A stretch of 64,000 nucleotides of DNA from Candidatus Latescibacterota bacterium (GCA_965248435.1 OZ252100.1:3040001-3104000); one strand, 5' to 3'. Positions 26,486 to 36,832 are shown, counted from the stretch's first letter. A program made the numbers and translations. The notes: a model not told the origin generated them from the letters alone.

Positions 26486-28552
26486 TTGTCAACGCCCGCA
26501 CAAAGAACCATCTCAGATCACCCGCCTCCACCGGACACAGAGCCGACCGCGCGCAGGGGGTTGACGGCGAGATCCGTCCTCCTCGGACTGATCGGGGTCG
26601 CCGCAATGAATGTGATCGCCGTCTACGTGCCTTACGACTATCGGGGCTCGATGATGACCTACACGCACGTCCCGATGGCGATGCTCATCGTGTTCGTGCT
26701 GATGGTCATCATCGGTGCGGCCGTGTCTCGCTGGACCGGAGTCGTGCTCTCCACGACCGAGTGGCACACGATTCTCGCGATGTCCATCGTTGCCGCCGCG
26801 ATCCCCGGATACGGGCTGACCACCTTTCTGCTCGCCCTGATGGCCGCGCCCTACTACTATGCATCCGTACACCGCTCGACGGCGGCGCCGTGGGAAGAAT
26901 TCCTGTATCCCTACACCAAGGATTGGCTCTTCCCCAGCAACGAGGGGAATGCCGTCTCGTGGTTCCACGAGGGCCTGCCTCCCGGGGCGGACGTGCCGTG
27001 GGATGTCTGGGTGCTGCCGCTGTTCTGGTGGGGCACGATGATCGCGGCCTTTTTCCTGACGCTGGCCTGCATTGCGGTCATCCTTCGCAAACAGTGGCTG
27101 CGGAACGAGCGCCTCGTGTTTCCCGCCACGGTACCGCTTATGGATATGGCCGCGCACCCGGGATCCGGGAGGCGTGCTCTGCCGGAGTTCACCAAAAATT
27201 CCCTCTTCTGGGTTGGATTCTGTATCTCGTTCGGTATGATCGCGTGGAACTGTATCAGCTACTTCATCCTCGACTTCCCACGCATTCCGATCGGCGAAGG
27301 GGGATTCCAAAAGTTCAGCGAGGAGTTCCCCGGGATCAGGGTGTCGCTAGACCTCTACACCCTCTTCTTCTCCTATTTCGCCAGCCTGGACGTCCTGTTC
27401 AGCCTCTGGTTCTTCGACCTGCTGTTTGTCGTGGAAACGGGGGGTCTGCACACGCTGGGTTTCGACGCGAGGCCGATAAGCGGGTCTTCCCGCGGCGTCA
27501 TCATCTCTCAGACGATGGGCGCCTATGTCGTGTTCGCGCTTTCGGTCCTCTGGGTCGCGCGCGGTCACATCAGGGATGTCCTCCGGAAGGCCCTGAACCG
27601 TAATGCGCCTGTCGAGGACGACGACCAGCTACTCTCCTACCGAACGGCGGTGATCGGTCTGATCGTCGGCCTCGCCTTCGTGTTCCTGTGGCTGATCCGT
27701 ATCGGATACGAGCCCGTTTTCGCGGCCCTGGTCCTCCCGGTTGTCCTCCTGCTTTACGTGGGCATGGCCAGAATGGTCGCCGATACGGGCATGCCCTTCC
27801 TCAGCATCCCGCGCGGTGTCTCGGGGTTCGAATATGTGGGGATCGTTGTCCGCATCGACACGACGAGCGGGAGCACGCTCATCGCGCATCACTACGAGGA
27901 CATCCTGTTCCACCATTTCAGGGGGCTCTTTCTGCCGGCTCTTGCCCACGCCGGTCGGATCGCGGAGGGGGTCCGAGGAAACCGCCGACGTCTGACGACC
28001 GCGGTTGTCCTCGCCTTTTTCGTCAGCCTCTTTCTCTCCGTCACGCTGACGCTCAATCTGGCTTATCGAAAGGGGGCCAACGCGTTCAGCAGCTGGATGA
28101 TCGGAAGTTGGGCGTCCCGGCACCTCGAATACGCAGCGCACAGCGTCGCCAGCACGTTCAAGAATCCCTGGCCACCCATCCATATCCGAAGTCCTGACCG
28201 TCTTGCCTTTATGACGATCGGTGGCGTGGCCATGGCTGGGTTGATCTACCTGCGGCACACCTTTTTCTGGTGGCCGCTCCATCCAATGGGGTTCGCGCTT
28301 GTGGGGGCCGACCTCGTCCGGCGAACGAGCACAACTCTTTTCCTGGCCTGGTTGATCAAACTGCTCATGCTCCGTGTGGGCGGACAGGCGGTCTATCAGA
28401 AATCGTTTCCGCTCTTCCTCGGGCTGCTCGTCGGCTACGCGCTCGGTGTGGCGTTCTCGGGGTTGATCGATGCCGTCTGGTTCCCCTTTCAAGCACATCC
28501 CGTTCACACGATGGGATGGTACGGGCGGCGTTCGCCGATATTTCACTATTAA
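26486..28552 (+). CDS. DUF6785/DUF6784-like polytopic membrane protein (OPT-related)
   Basis: Many TMs; GLTARS start, W..PL..W, LRKQWLRNERLVFP, WWPLHPMG, P.FLGLLVG. Confidence 0.7.
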   Translation: MSTPAQRTISDHPPPPDTEPTARRGLTARSVLLGLIGVAAMNVIAVYVPYDYRGSMMTYTHVPMAMLIVFVLMVIIGAAVSRWTGVVLSTTEWHTILAMSIVAAAIPGYGLTTFLLALMAAPYYYASVHRSTAAPWEEFLYPYTKDWLFPSNEGNAVSWFHEGLPPGADVPWDVWVLPLFWWGTMIAAFFLTLACIAVILRKQWLRNERLVFPATVPLMDMAAHPGSGRRALPEFTKNSLFWVGFCISFGMIAWNCISYFILDFPRIPIGEGGFQKFSEEFPGIRVSLDLYTLFFSYFASLDVLFSLWFFDLLFVVETGGLHTLGFDARPISGSSRGVIISQTMGAYVVFALSVLWVARGHIRDVLRKALNRNAPVEDDDQLLSYRTAVIGLIVGLAFVFLWLIRIGYEPVFAALVLPVVLLLYVGMARMVADTGMPFLSIPRGVSGFEYVGIVVRIDTTSGSTLIAHHYEDILFHHFRGLFLPALAHAGRIAEGVRGNRRRLTTAVVLAFFVSLFLSVTLTLNLAYRKGANAFSSWMIGSWASRHLEYAAHSVASTFKNPWPPIHIRSPDRLAFMTIGGVAMAGLIYLRHTFFWWPLHPMGFALVGADLVRRTSTTLFLAWLIKLLMLRVGGQAVYQKSFPLFLGLLVGYALGVAFSGLIDAVWFPFQAHPVHTMGWYGRRSPIFHY

Positions 28553-28652
28553 AAGGATCGTATCTTGTATCTCGTGAAGCGTATCTCGTCAAAACTGGGT
28601 ACCGGGGTTCGTGTTGCGCGTGGATGAGATTCTCGTTCTCTTGGGGAATTGC

Positions 28653-28678
28653 GGGCGGGCACGGAGGCCCGCCCCTAC
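28653..28678 (-). repeat. GTAG-type REP-like palindrome
   Basis: Reverse strand GTAGGGGCGGGCCTCCGTGCCCGCCC. Confidence 0.65.
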
Positions 28679-28713
28679 GGTGATTCAAACAGCGAGTAGC
28701 GACTCCGCTTAAA

Positions 28714-31700
28714 ATGTTTTTGGCTGATCTGGAGATGTATCTCTTGGCTGAATTCCTTCATTTGCTTCGTCGAATTGCTCTGATCCTCCTCATCGGGCTC
28801 GGCGTGCTTGTCTTCCTCTCCTTCGGGATCGGACCTGAGCGCGTCGACCCGTGGCTATCCGACCTGCTCGGCTTGGAACCGCCCCCATCGGTGCCGCCGT
28901 CGCCCGTCCACGAGGCCCAGGGCGTTTCCTATCGCGTAATCGATTCAGTCACTGAAGCGGACGTTCGCCGTTTGATGGGCCGCTTTACGAGCCACCGATC
29001 GCGCGTTCCCGGCTACGCCGGCCACGACGACGCTGCCCGATTCATCCTTCAGGAATTCGAGCGCCTGGGACTCCGCGACGTCAAGGCCGAGGCATTCGAC
29101 GTGGCCACCCCGGTGGACAAGGGGGGGCGCCTTACCCTCACCGAGAGCGGTGCCTCCTTCCCTCTGCACGCGATCTGGCCCAACCTGGTGAAGACGTCAA
29201 CGCTTCCCCCGAATGGCATACGGACCCGCCTGATTTACGGCGGCGACGGCGAGTGGCAGAGCTTTAACGGTCACGATATGGACGGTGCCGCCGTTTTGAT
29301 GGAGTTCAACTCCTGGAACCGCTGGCTCAACGCCGCTTCGCTGGGTGCGGGACAGATCATCTTCATCGAACCCGATTCCACGTCCCGAACAGAGGGAGAA
29401 CAGAAGTGGCTTATCTCGCCGAACGGGACGGAGCGGTTTTGGATCGACAAGGGGTCGGGACGCGCGCTGAGGCGATTGCTGGAGGAAGAGGGGGAGGTGG
29501 AGGTGGAGCTCCACGCGCGGATGGACTGGGAGAAGACGGTCGCTCAGAACATCCTCGGCACTGTTCCCGGGACGGATCCCGAGCTCAAGGACCAGATCAT
29601 CGTGATCAACGCCTATTACGACGCCATGTCGGTCGTGCCGGCCCTGGCACCCGGCGCAGAGATGGCGTGCGGGATCGTCGCGCTGCTCGAGCTCGCGGAC
29701 TATCTCCAGCGACACCCGCCGGCACGGACCGTGCTGTTTCTGGCCAGCTCCGCCCACCATATGAGTTCACGAGGGATATCCGATTTTCTGAGGCGACACG
29801 CCCGCAAACAGGAGGATTTCGCCGCGCTGATGACAGAACCGATCGACATTCGTCTGTTTATCGCGCTGGATCTCTCCAGCCGGACTGCCGAGATCGGCCT
29901 CCGGAACAGTGCGCCGAGTCACTATCACAAACAGTTCTTCACACCGATCGGGAAGTCGCTCGTTCGATTCACAGGGGCGATCGCCAAGGACTTCGGGCTG
30001 GATCCGGAGCGGGCGCTGATCGACGGCGTCAATCCGCCCCCCGGGTTGGCGTGGAGAATCTACAATCCTGGAAAGCTGTTGAAGACGGAAGGCCTGATCG
30101 TGATGGCGGCCGGGACTCCGGCGCTTTCGCTTGTCACGGTGAACGACGCCCGCCTCGGCATCGACACCCCCCTGGATAGACCGGAGAGCGTGGACTACGA
30201 GAATCTGACCGGGCAGATCCGCCTGCTGACTGGGGTGATCGACCTGGCGCTCAACGACCCGGGTTTGATCACGGACTACGAGCTGCGCCCGGAGGACCAC
30301 GTGCGGTGGTTGAAGGGGTACGCGAAGACCTTTCCCCGGCGCAGCATCGTCCCGGACCGCCCCAAGCCCGGAGCGATTGCGGCGGTGCGCCTTGGCAGGG
30401 AGGGGAGTTATTCGTCGGCCAAATCGACCAAGGGCGTGAGGGAGACCCGCTATGACATCACCGACGAGAGCGGGGCTTTCATCATCCCTGGCATTATTCA
30501 GAAGAAAGCGACCGCCTCTGTGTATGCTCTGGACTCCGATACGGGGGAGATCACGCACGCGCCCAATCGCGGGGTGCAGGCCGACATCTACAAGCCAGAG
30601 GTGGATATGGACTGGTGGATGACGGAGCAAATCAGTGTTTTGTTCCCCTGCGTCGCCACCGATCTCTACGACATCGTGGATCCCCCCTATCTGAGCAAGC
30701 TGTCGGAGGTCAGCGTCTACGGGGAGGACAACGCGGCCCCACAGGAGTACGGTTACGATATCGGTCTGGGTGCGACCGGGGAACTGCGCCACCCTGAGTC
30801 GATGGCGGTCGGTAGTCTCTTCACGCGTCCCGGGGAGAAGGTGAAAGTCACGATGCGCTCCTGGACGATGGGCCTTCGCCTCCTGCTGCTCAACGCGATC
30901 GGCGTAGAATCAGAGGAGGATGCGCGAGGTGGCGGGTTTGTCGCCCACGTTCCCGGTTCTATCGCACGAACCGCCTACCAGGCGGCCAGGGACACGTGGA
31001 TGCTGAACGAGACCCGGATACGTGAACTGAAACGATTCGCGATCGAGAATCACAGGCTGAACGTCCTCCACGCCCAGGCGGCAGACCACCTCGAACAGGC
31101 GGAGTCGGCGCTGGTGCAAAAGCGCTGGGACCTGTTCATGAAGCACAGCCGGGCTGCCCTGGGGTTCGAGTCGCGGGCTTATCCTGACGTAAAGGCCACC
31201 CAGAATGGCGTGATCCGCGGGATTGTCTTCTTCATGGCCCTCGTGATCCCGTGCGCCTTCTTTGCGGAACGGCTCCTCATTACCGCGTCCGACATTCGGT
31301 GGCAGATCTCCGCCTTTGTCGGCATCTTCGGTGTGATCTGGATCTTTCTCTACCTCGTACACCCGGCGTTCGAGCTCTCCAATCCGTTCGTCGTCCTGCT
31401 CGCCTTCATCATCCTGGCCCTCGCCGCCTTCGTCATCTCGCTGATCTTCTCCCGGTTCAACGAGAACATGAGGCGACTGCGGACCGCGGAGGTCCTGCTG
31501 CACGAAACGGATGTCGGGCGGGTGAGCGCCTCCCTGGCCGCCTTTCAGCTGGGGATCGCCAACATGAAGCGCCGTAGACTGCGCACCTGGCTGACGTTCC
31601 TCACGCTGCTGCTGCTCACCTTTACCGTACTTTCGTTCACCTCGATCAAATCGTCGCTGCAGTTCCACAAGCTCCAGCGGGACGCTGAAGGGGCCTACCC

Positions 31701-33327
31701 CGGCGTCCTGATCCGGACCAAGTCCTGGTCGCAGCTCGAGGAGGTGGCCCACGACTACGTGAAAACCCATTACGCAGGAATGGGTGTGGTGGCCCCTCGG
31801 ACCTGGCATCAGAACACGAGCCAACAGCTGATCCCGGTGGACCTGGAGGGGAAATCGGCCTTCGTGTTGGGTGCGCTGGGCCTGGCGCCCGAGGAGGCGA
31901 GGGTTACCGGGATCGATAAGTATCTTAAAGCAGGACGCTGGTTCCGGCAGGGAGAAATGGCCTGTATCGTTCCGGAGCGGCTGGCGGACGAATTCGGGAT
32001 TACCCTTCAGGATCTAGGTACCCGGCAGATCCGGGCCTTCGGAGAACAGTTGACGGTCATCGGGCTGATGGAAGCGGAAAAGTTTCGCCGCTTCAAGGAC
32101 CTGGACGGTGAGATGCTGACTCCGCCCGACTTCATTGAGTCGGGCATCGGCGCCCGGGGCGAGATGCTGGAGCATAAGGAGAGGCAGGAGATCGGCCAGC
32201 CGGTGGCGACTCTCGAGGAGTTCCAGCATGTCGATCCTGACGACGTCCTGATCCTTCCCTACCACTTCCTCAGAGAGGTTGGAAATCCCCCGCAGTCCCT
32301 CTCTGTCCGGTTCCACCCTGAAGTGGATATCGAGGCGCAGGTCAAGGCCCTGCTTTCCCGCCTCGCCGTGGTCCTGTTCGCGGGACTCCCCGATGCAGAC
32401 GGGAGGGTCAATGTGTCGGTCTACAGCTCGTTCGGTGACACCTCCTTCAGGGGACTCGGGAACCTGTTTATCCCGGTGTTGATCGCCGCCCTCATCGTCC
32501 TGAACACGATGATGGGCTCGGTCTACGAACGTTTCCGGGAGATCGGCATCTACTCCGCTGTCGGTCTGGCCCCGCTGCACATCGCCTTCCTGTTTATCGC
32601 CGAGGCGTGTGTCTATGCGGTCTTCGGCACGGTCGGCGGTTACCTCCTGGGGCAGGGGGTCGCCAAGATCATTCTCTGGCAGGGCTGGCTCTCCGGACTC
32701 ACGCTCAACTACTCCGCCATGTCTGCCGTGTATGTCTCCGTCCTGGTGATGGCTGTGGTGGTTCTGTCTACCCTCTACCCGGCTCGGCAGGCCTCAAACA
32801 TGGCGGTGCCAGACGTGACACGTCGCTGGACGCTGCCGGATCCGGAGGGGGACCACTGGCGATTCGAGTTTCCCTTCACGGTCGGGGGCAGGGAGGTCTT
32901 CGGCCTCAGCAGGTTCCTGGTGGACTACTTCGAATCCCACAGCGGCGAGTCGACCGGAATGTTCATGTCTGAGGGCACGACCCTGGAGGCACGGACGACA
33001 GAGAAGGGTGAAGGGTGCACGATCGAGACCACGATCTGGGCGGCGCCCTACGACCTGGGGGTCAGCCAGAAGGTGAGTTTTGTGGCCTCACCTACGGGTG
33101 AGTTCAATATCTACTCGCTCTCGCTCGCGATCGATCGACTCTCTGGCGATGTCACCTCCTGGCAGAGGGTGAATCGCGGGTTCATGAGCGCGCTCCGGAA
33201 GCAGTTCCTGATCTGGCGGACGCTGAACCCCGAAGAACGTGAGGTCTACATCAAGAGAGGTCGTGAGATACACGAAGGCGCGATCCATGAACAGCCGACC
33301 GCTGACGACAGCCCGCGGACGACATAA
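28714..33327 (+). CDS. Giant membrane protein: degenerate M28 peptidase/PA-like domain + TM block + MacB/FtsX-like permease + C-terminal soluble domain
   Basis: SRVPGYAG, NILGTVPG..IIVINAYYD..APGAE..GIVALLELA (M28 fold); NMKRRRLRT..T, VYERFREIGIYSAVGL..EA, STLYPA (FtsX). Confidence 0.75.
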   Translation: MFLADLEMYLLAEFLHLLRRIALILLIGLGVLVFLSFGIGPERVDPWLSDLLGLEPPPSVPPSPVHEAQGVSYRVIDSVTEADVRRLMGRFTSHRSRVPGYAGHDDAARFILQEFERLGLRDVKAEAFDVATPVDKGGRLTLTESGASFPLHAIWPNLVKTSTLPPNGIRTRLIYGGDGEWQSFNGHDMDGAAVLMEFNSWNRWLNAASLGAGQIIFIEPDSTSRTEGEQKWLISPNGTERFWIDKGSGRALRRLLEEEGEVEVELHARMDWEKTVAQNILGTVPGTDPELKDQIIVINAYYDAMSVVPALAPGAEMACGIVALLELADYLQRHPPARTVLFLASSAHHMSSRGISDFLRRHARKQEDFAALMTEPIDIRLFIALDLSSRTAEIGLRNSAPSHYHKQFFTPIGKSLVRFTGAIAKDFGLDPERALIDGVNPPPGLAWRIYNPGKLLKTEGLIVMAAGTPALSLVTVNDARLGIDTPLDRPESVDYENLTGQIRLLTGVIDLALNDPGLITDYELRPEDHVRWLKGYAKTFPRRSIVPDRPKPGAIAAVRLGREGSYSSAKSTKGVRETRYDITDESGAFIIPGIIQKKATASVYALDSDTGEITHAPNRGVQADIYKPEVDMDWWMTEQISVLFPCVATDLYDIVDPPYLSKLSEVSVYGEDNAAPQEYGYDIGLGATGELRHPESMAVGSLFTRPGEKVKVTMRSWTMGLRLLLLNAIGVESEEDARGGGFVAHVPGSIARTAYQAARDTWMLNETRIRELKRFAIENHRLNVLHAQAADHLEQAESALVQKRWDLFMKHSRAALGFESRAYPDVKATQNGVIRGIVFFMALVIPCAFFAERLLITASDIRWQISAFVGIFGVIWIFLYLVHPAFELSNPFVVLLAFIILALAAFVISLIFSRFNENMRRLRTAEVLLHETDVGRVSASLAAFQLGIANMKRRRLRTWLTFLTLLLLTFTVLSFTSIKSSLQFHKLQRDAEGAYPGVLIRTKSWSQLEEVAHDYVKTHYAGMGVVAPRTWHQNTSQQLIPVDLEGKSAFVLGALGLAPEEARVTGIDKYLKAGRWFRQGEMACIVPERLADEFGITLQDLGTRQIRAFGEQLTVIGLMEAEKFRRFKDLDGEMLTPPDFIESGIGARGEMLEHKERQEIGQPVATLEEFQHVDPDDVLILPYHFLREVGNPPQSLSVRFHPEVDIEAQVKALLSRLAVVLFAGLPDADGRVNVSVYSSFGDTSFRGLGNLFIPVLIAALIVLNTMMGSVYERFREIGIYSAVGLAPLHIAFLFIAEACVYAVFGTVGGYLLGQGVAKIILWQGWLSGLTLNYSAMSAVYVSVLVMAVVVLSTLYPARQASNMAVPDVTRRWTLPDPEGDHWRFEFPFTVGGREVFGLSRFLVDYFESHSGESTGMFMSEGTTLEARTTEKGEGCTIETTIWAAPYDLGVSQKVSFVASPTGEFNIYSLSLAIDRLSGDVTSWQRVNRGFMSALRKQFLIWRTLNPEEREVYIKRGREIHEGAIHEQPTADDSPRTT

Positions 33328-33538
33328 AGACTGGCGGCAGACTACAAACCGCTGAGCGTTGGCGCGCCTCAAGCGCGGGAATGAATTCTCGCGCTCGTGA
33401 AACAGGAAGTCCGCCCTGCGGCGGACTGAAGCCAGACCTTTGCTCGACGTTTCAGGTGCGAAATGATAGAGGTCCGTGTGGGTAATAGCCAGGGGAATCA
33501 ATCCGATTTGCACCCCTTTCAGAATCCTTTGAGGGCGC

Positions 33539-33561
33539 CGCAGGCTAAAGCCTTCGACTAC
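33539..33561 (-). repeat. GTAG-type REP-like palindrome
   Basis: Reverse strand GTAGTCGAAGGCTTTAGCCTGCG. Confidence 0.5.
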
Positions 33562-33609
33562 GGGTTCTGCGGTCCGGGGTTGTGGACAGCGTTTTTTGAA
33601 TAACAGCCT

Positions 33610-36102
33610 ATGGGACTAGCGAACCTCTTACGCAGACGCAAATCGGCCCAGTTCCAGGAGATCGAGGAATACCGGGATCTGCTGGAAACACCCGACAGCT
33701 TTGAAGAGGGCTTCAACACCAAGACGATCCTGGGCGCCCTCTTCGTCTCGGTCATCATGGTCCCGGGCAACATCTACCTGGAGCTGATGATCGGGGGCTC
33801 GATCGGGGCGGCCGCGCAATGGGTCACGATCATCCTCTTCCTGGAGCTGTCCAAGCGGTCTTTCACCGTGTTGAAGCGGCAGGAGCTCTACCTCCTCTAC
33901 TACGTCACGAGCGCGCTCGTGGCCCGGGAGACCGGCGCCTCCGACGGCATGCTCTGGAACCAGTATTTCGTCCAGTCTCCCGCGGCCAAACAGTTCGGGA
34001 TCGCCAAGCTGATCCCCTGGTGGTGGGCCCCACCGCCCGGTTCGGAGGCCCTCGCCGAGCGGACCTTCTTCCACCAGGACTGGCTCTGGCCGATCTCGAT
34101 CATGGTCCTCGGCTTCATCATGGCGCGCATCGCCTGGTTCACCGCCAGCTACGTCCTGTTCCGGCTGACTTCCGATTACGAGCGCCTCCCGTTTCCGTTC
34201 GCGCCGATCAACGCGCAGACCGCGATGGCCCTGGCCGAGGAGAGCAGCGGGGAGATCACGTGGAAATGGCGCGTCTTCAGCATCGGGGCGGTCATCGGGG
34301 TGGTCTGGGGCGCGATCTATGTGGGGGTCCCCGCGATCACGGGGGCGTTTATGGAGGAACCGGTCCAGATCATCCCGATCCCGTGGGTCGACTTCACGCA
34401 GTACACCGGCAACTTCCTGCCGGCGACGCCCCTCGGGTTCACGCTTCACCTGGGGCCGATCTTTGCCGGTCTGCTCGCGCCGTTCTGGGCGGTGATGGGG
34501 TCGTTTCTCGGTGTCGTGGTCCATTCGATCGCCAGTCCGATCCTGCACCATTACGGCTACATGCCTCACTGGATCATGGGCATGGATACGATCCAGACGC
34601 ACTTTGTGACCGGGATCGACTTCTGGATGTCTTTCGGGATCGGACTCACGTTCGCCATCACCGTCATCGGCCTGTATCAGGTCTTCACGGGTGTGCGATC
34701 TGCGAGGATCGAGAAACAGGAGAAGGGGAGCTGGACGCCTCCGGCCGGACGCGGAGACTTCCGGATCTGGATCTGCATCATCCTGTTCTGCATCGCCAGC
34801 ATCTACACGATCGCGCTCGCCAAGGTCCTCTTTCCGGCCCTGATCGGCAGGACCGTGATGATCTTCTTTCTGGTCTTCGCCTTCATATACACGCCGCTCA
34901 TCTCCTTTGTCAACGCGCGGTTGGACGGACTCGTCGGCCAGCAAACCAACATTCCGTATGTCAAAGAGACCACGATCTTCCTCAGCGGCTTCCAGGGGGT
35001 CGACATCTGGTTCGTCCCGTTCCCGATGACCACCTACGCAGCCGAAGCCAATAAATTCAGAGAGATCGAACTGACCGGGTCGAAGTTCACCGGCATCCTG
35101 AAGGCCGAACTCTTCATGGTTCCGCTGATTCTGTTCACCAGTTTTTTCTACTGGTCCTACATCTGGAAGCTGGCGCCGATCCCCTCGGATGCCTATCCCT
35201 ACGCCCAGTTGATGTGGCCGCTCCGCGCGCTGCAGCAGAGCGTCTGGTATACGAGCACGATGCGCAGTGAAATCGTGCCCGACGCCAGGGCGGGAAACAT
35301 CACCTGGATTCCGGGAAACCTGACCGACGGGGGCTGGTGGTACTGGCGTGCCCGGACACGGGAGGACACAGACTCGGAGGCGTTCAGGAAGCGATTCGAG
35401 GCCTGGATGTCGGGTCCCGAGAAGAAGGATTCGAACAGCGACGGGAAGATCGATGAGGAGGATCTCAGGGCGGTCGGTCCCTGGTCGCGGGTCGGAACCT
35501 TCTATACTAACTTCGAAGGTACAGACCCACCGCCTGACCCGCCACCGTCGGTCCGCGTCGAGCCCTTAACCCGAAGGATCTCAGAAACCTTGCCGTCCAC
35601 GCCACCCGCGATTAAACGGCCCGTGGACGGCCACCACGTGGACACGCCCAACCCCAAGCTCATGATCGAAGGGTTTCTGGGCGCCGAGGGGCAGACCTGG
35701 GTCTACGAGTTCGAGGTCGATGAGGTCCCTTCATTCGATGGGGCCTTCCTTCAGAGCTCTGACGACAAGCCGATCCTGTTCGAGGCCCTGAAGCCGAAGG
35801 TGATCGCGATCGGTTTCGCCGTCGGCCTGTTGACCTTCATCATCCTGTCCGTCTTCGGGCTTCCGATCCTCCTGATCTTCGGCTACGTGCGGAGCCTGAC
35901 CAACATCCCGCACGTGATGATCACCGAAATCATCGGCGCGCTCCTCGCACGCTACTATTTCCAGAAGAAATACGGCAGGCAACAGTGGCGCCTCTACGCC
36001 GCCGTCCTGCTCGCCGGTTTCTTCGCCGGCATGGCCCTCGTGGGGATGGGCTCTGTCTCGATCGCGATGATACAGAAATCGGTTTCTGTATTGCTGTTTT
36101 GA
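33610..36102 (+). CDS. OPT-like (oligopeptide transporter-related) membrane protein with inserted extracytoplasmic beta domain
   Basis: EGFNTKTILGA, L..QEL, ERLPFPFAP..A..A.AL; many TMs; soluble insert with DSNSDGKIDEED. Confidence 0.7.
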   Translation: MGLANLLRRRKSAQFQEIEEYRDLLETPDSFEEGFNTKTILGALFVSVIMVPGNIYLELMIGGSIGAAAQWVTIILFLELSKRSFTVLKRQELYLLYYVTSALVARETGASDGMLWNQYFVQSPAAKQFGIAKLIPWWWAPPPGSEALAERTFFHQDWLWPISIMVLGFIMARIAWFTASYVLFRLTSDYERLPFPFAPINAQTAMALAEESSGEITWKWRVFSIGAVIGVVWGAIYVGVPAITGAFMEEPVQIIPIPWVDFTQYTGNFLPATPLGFTLHLGPIFAGLLAPFWAVMGSFLGVVVHSIASPILHHYGYMPHWIMGMDTIQTHFVTGIDFWMSFGIGLTFAITVIGLYQVFTGVRSARIEKQEKGSWTPPAGRGDFRIWICIILFCIASIYTIALAKVLFPALIGRTVMIFFLVFAFIYTPLISFVNARLDGLVGQQTNIPYVKETTIFLSGFQGVDIWFVPFPMTTYAAEANKFREIELTGSKFTGILKAELFMVPLILFTSFFYWSYIWKLAPIPSDAYPYAQLMWPLRALQQSVWYTSTMRSEIVPDARAGNITWIPGNLTDGGWWYWRARTREDTDSEAFRKRFEAWMSGPEKKDSNSDGKIDEEDLRAVGPWSRVGTFYTNFEGTDPPPDPPPSVRVEPLTRRISETLPSTPPAIKRPVDGHHVDTPNPKLMIEGFLGAEGQTWVYEFEVDEVPSFDGAFLQSSDDKPILFEALKPKVIAIGFAVGLLTFIILSVFGLPILLIFGYVRSLTNIPHVMITEIIGALLARYYFQKKYGRQQWRLYAAVLLAGFFAGMALVGMGSVSIAMIQKSVSVLLF

Positions 36103-36328
36103 GATGCCGTATCTTGTATCGGGTATTTTTATCTCCTGGGCTCCTATCGCCAGGTGCTTAGTTTCGCAAAATTCAGAGAGCGGCTGGAAGGTGTAGGTAG
36201 GCATATCGCGGAAGCTGTCGCTCGGCGGAGCGCGTACGTTCGATGAACGTTTCGAGATGCTCCGCCATCACCTGATACAAAGGTTCGGCTTCCGGGGAAC
36301 GCCGTCGGTAGCCGCAAGTGCGCGAACC

Positions 36329-36816
36329 GAACTACGCCGATCACGCCACCGAAACGAACAACCCGATCCCGTCCGAGCCGGTCGTCTTCTCCAAGTTCAC
36401 GACCACGATCGTCGGTCCGAACGATTCCATTCCCTATCCGGCGGCCAGCAAGAAGGTCGACTATGAAGTGGAACTGATGGCCGTCATCGGACGCGGAGGA
36501 AAAAATATCCCCTAGGGCGAGGCACTCGATCACGTCTTCGGCTACACCGTGGGAAACGACGTCAGCGCCCATGACGATCAGATGGAAAAGTCGGCAGGAC
36601 AAGGGATTATGTGGAAAACTTCGACCACTTCTGTCCGATCGGACCAGCTGATCCCCTACCTGTCGCACGTCTTCACGCTGATGCCCGGAGACCTGGTCCT
36701 GCCAGTACCCCCGCAGGTGTCGGAATGGGGCGAACCCCTCGATCTGGCTCAAGGCTGATGACAGCATCCTGTCTGAAATCGATCAGCTTGGACGGCTGGA
36801 GAACCAGATCGTCTAG
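36329..36816 (+). pseudogene. Degraded second copy of the FAH-family gene (3' two-thirds)
   Basis: [30 protein letters not shown], in-frame TAG at 36513, deletions, ends LGRLENQIV*. Confidence 0.9.
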
Positions 36817-36832
36817 ATTTCTTGGTCCAAGA

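Noticed and set aside
33088-33513. Minus-strand 141-aa ORF
   Set aside because: Largely antisense to the 1537-aa gene and no recognisable motif.
33628-35054. Long antisense and alternate-frame ORFs (438 and 411 aa), and similar ones elsewhere
   Set aside because: Shadow ORFs expected from high GC3 codon bias opposite real genes.
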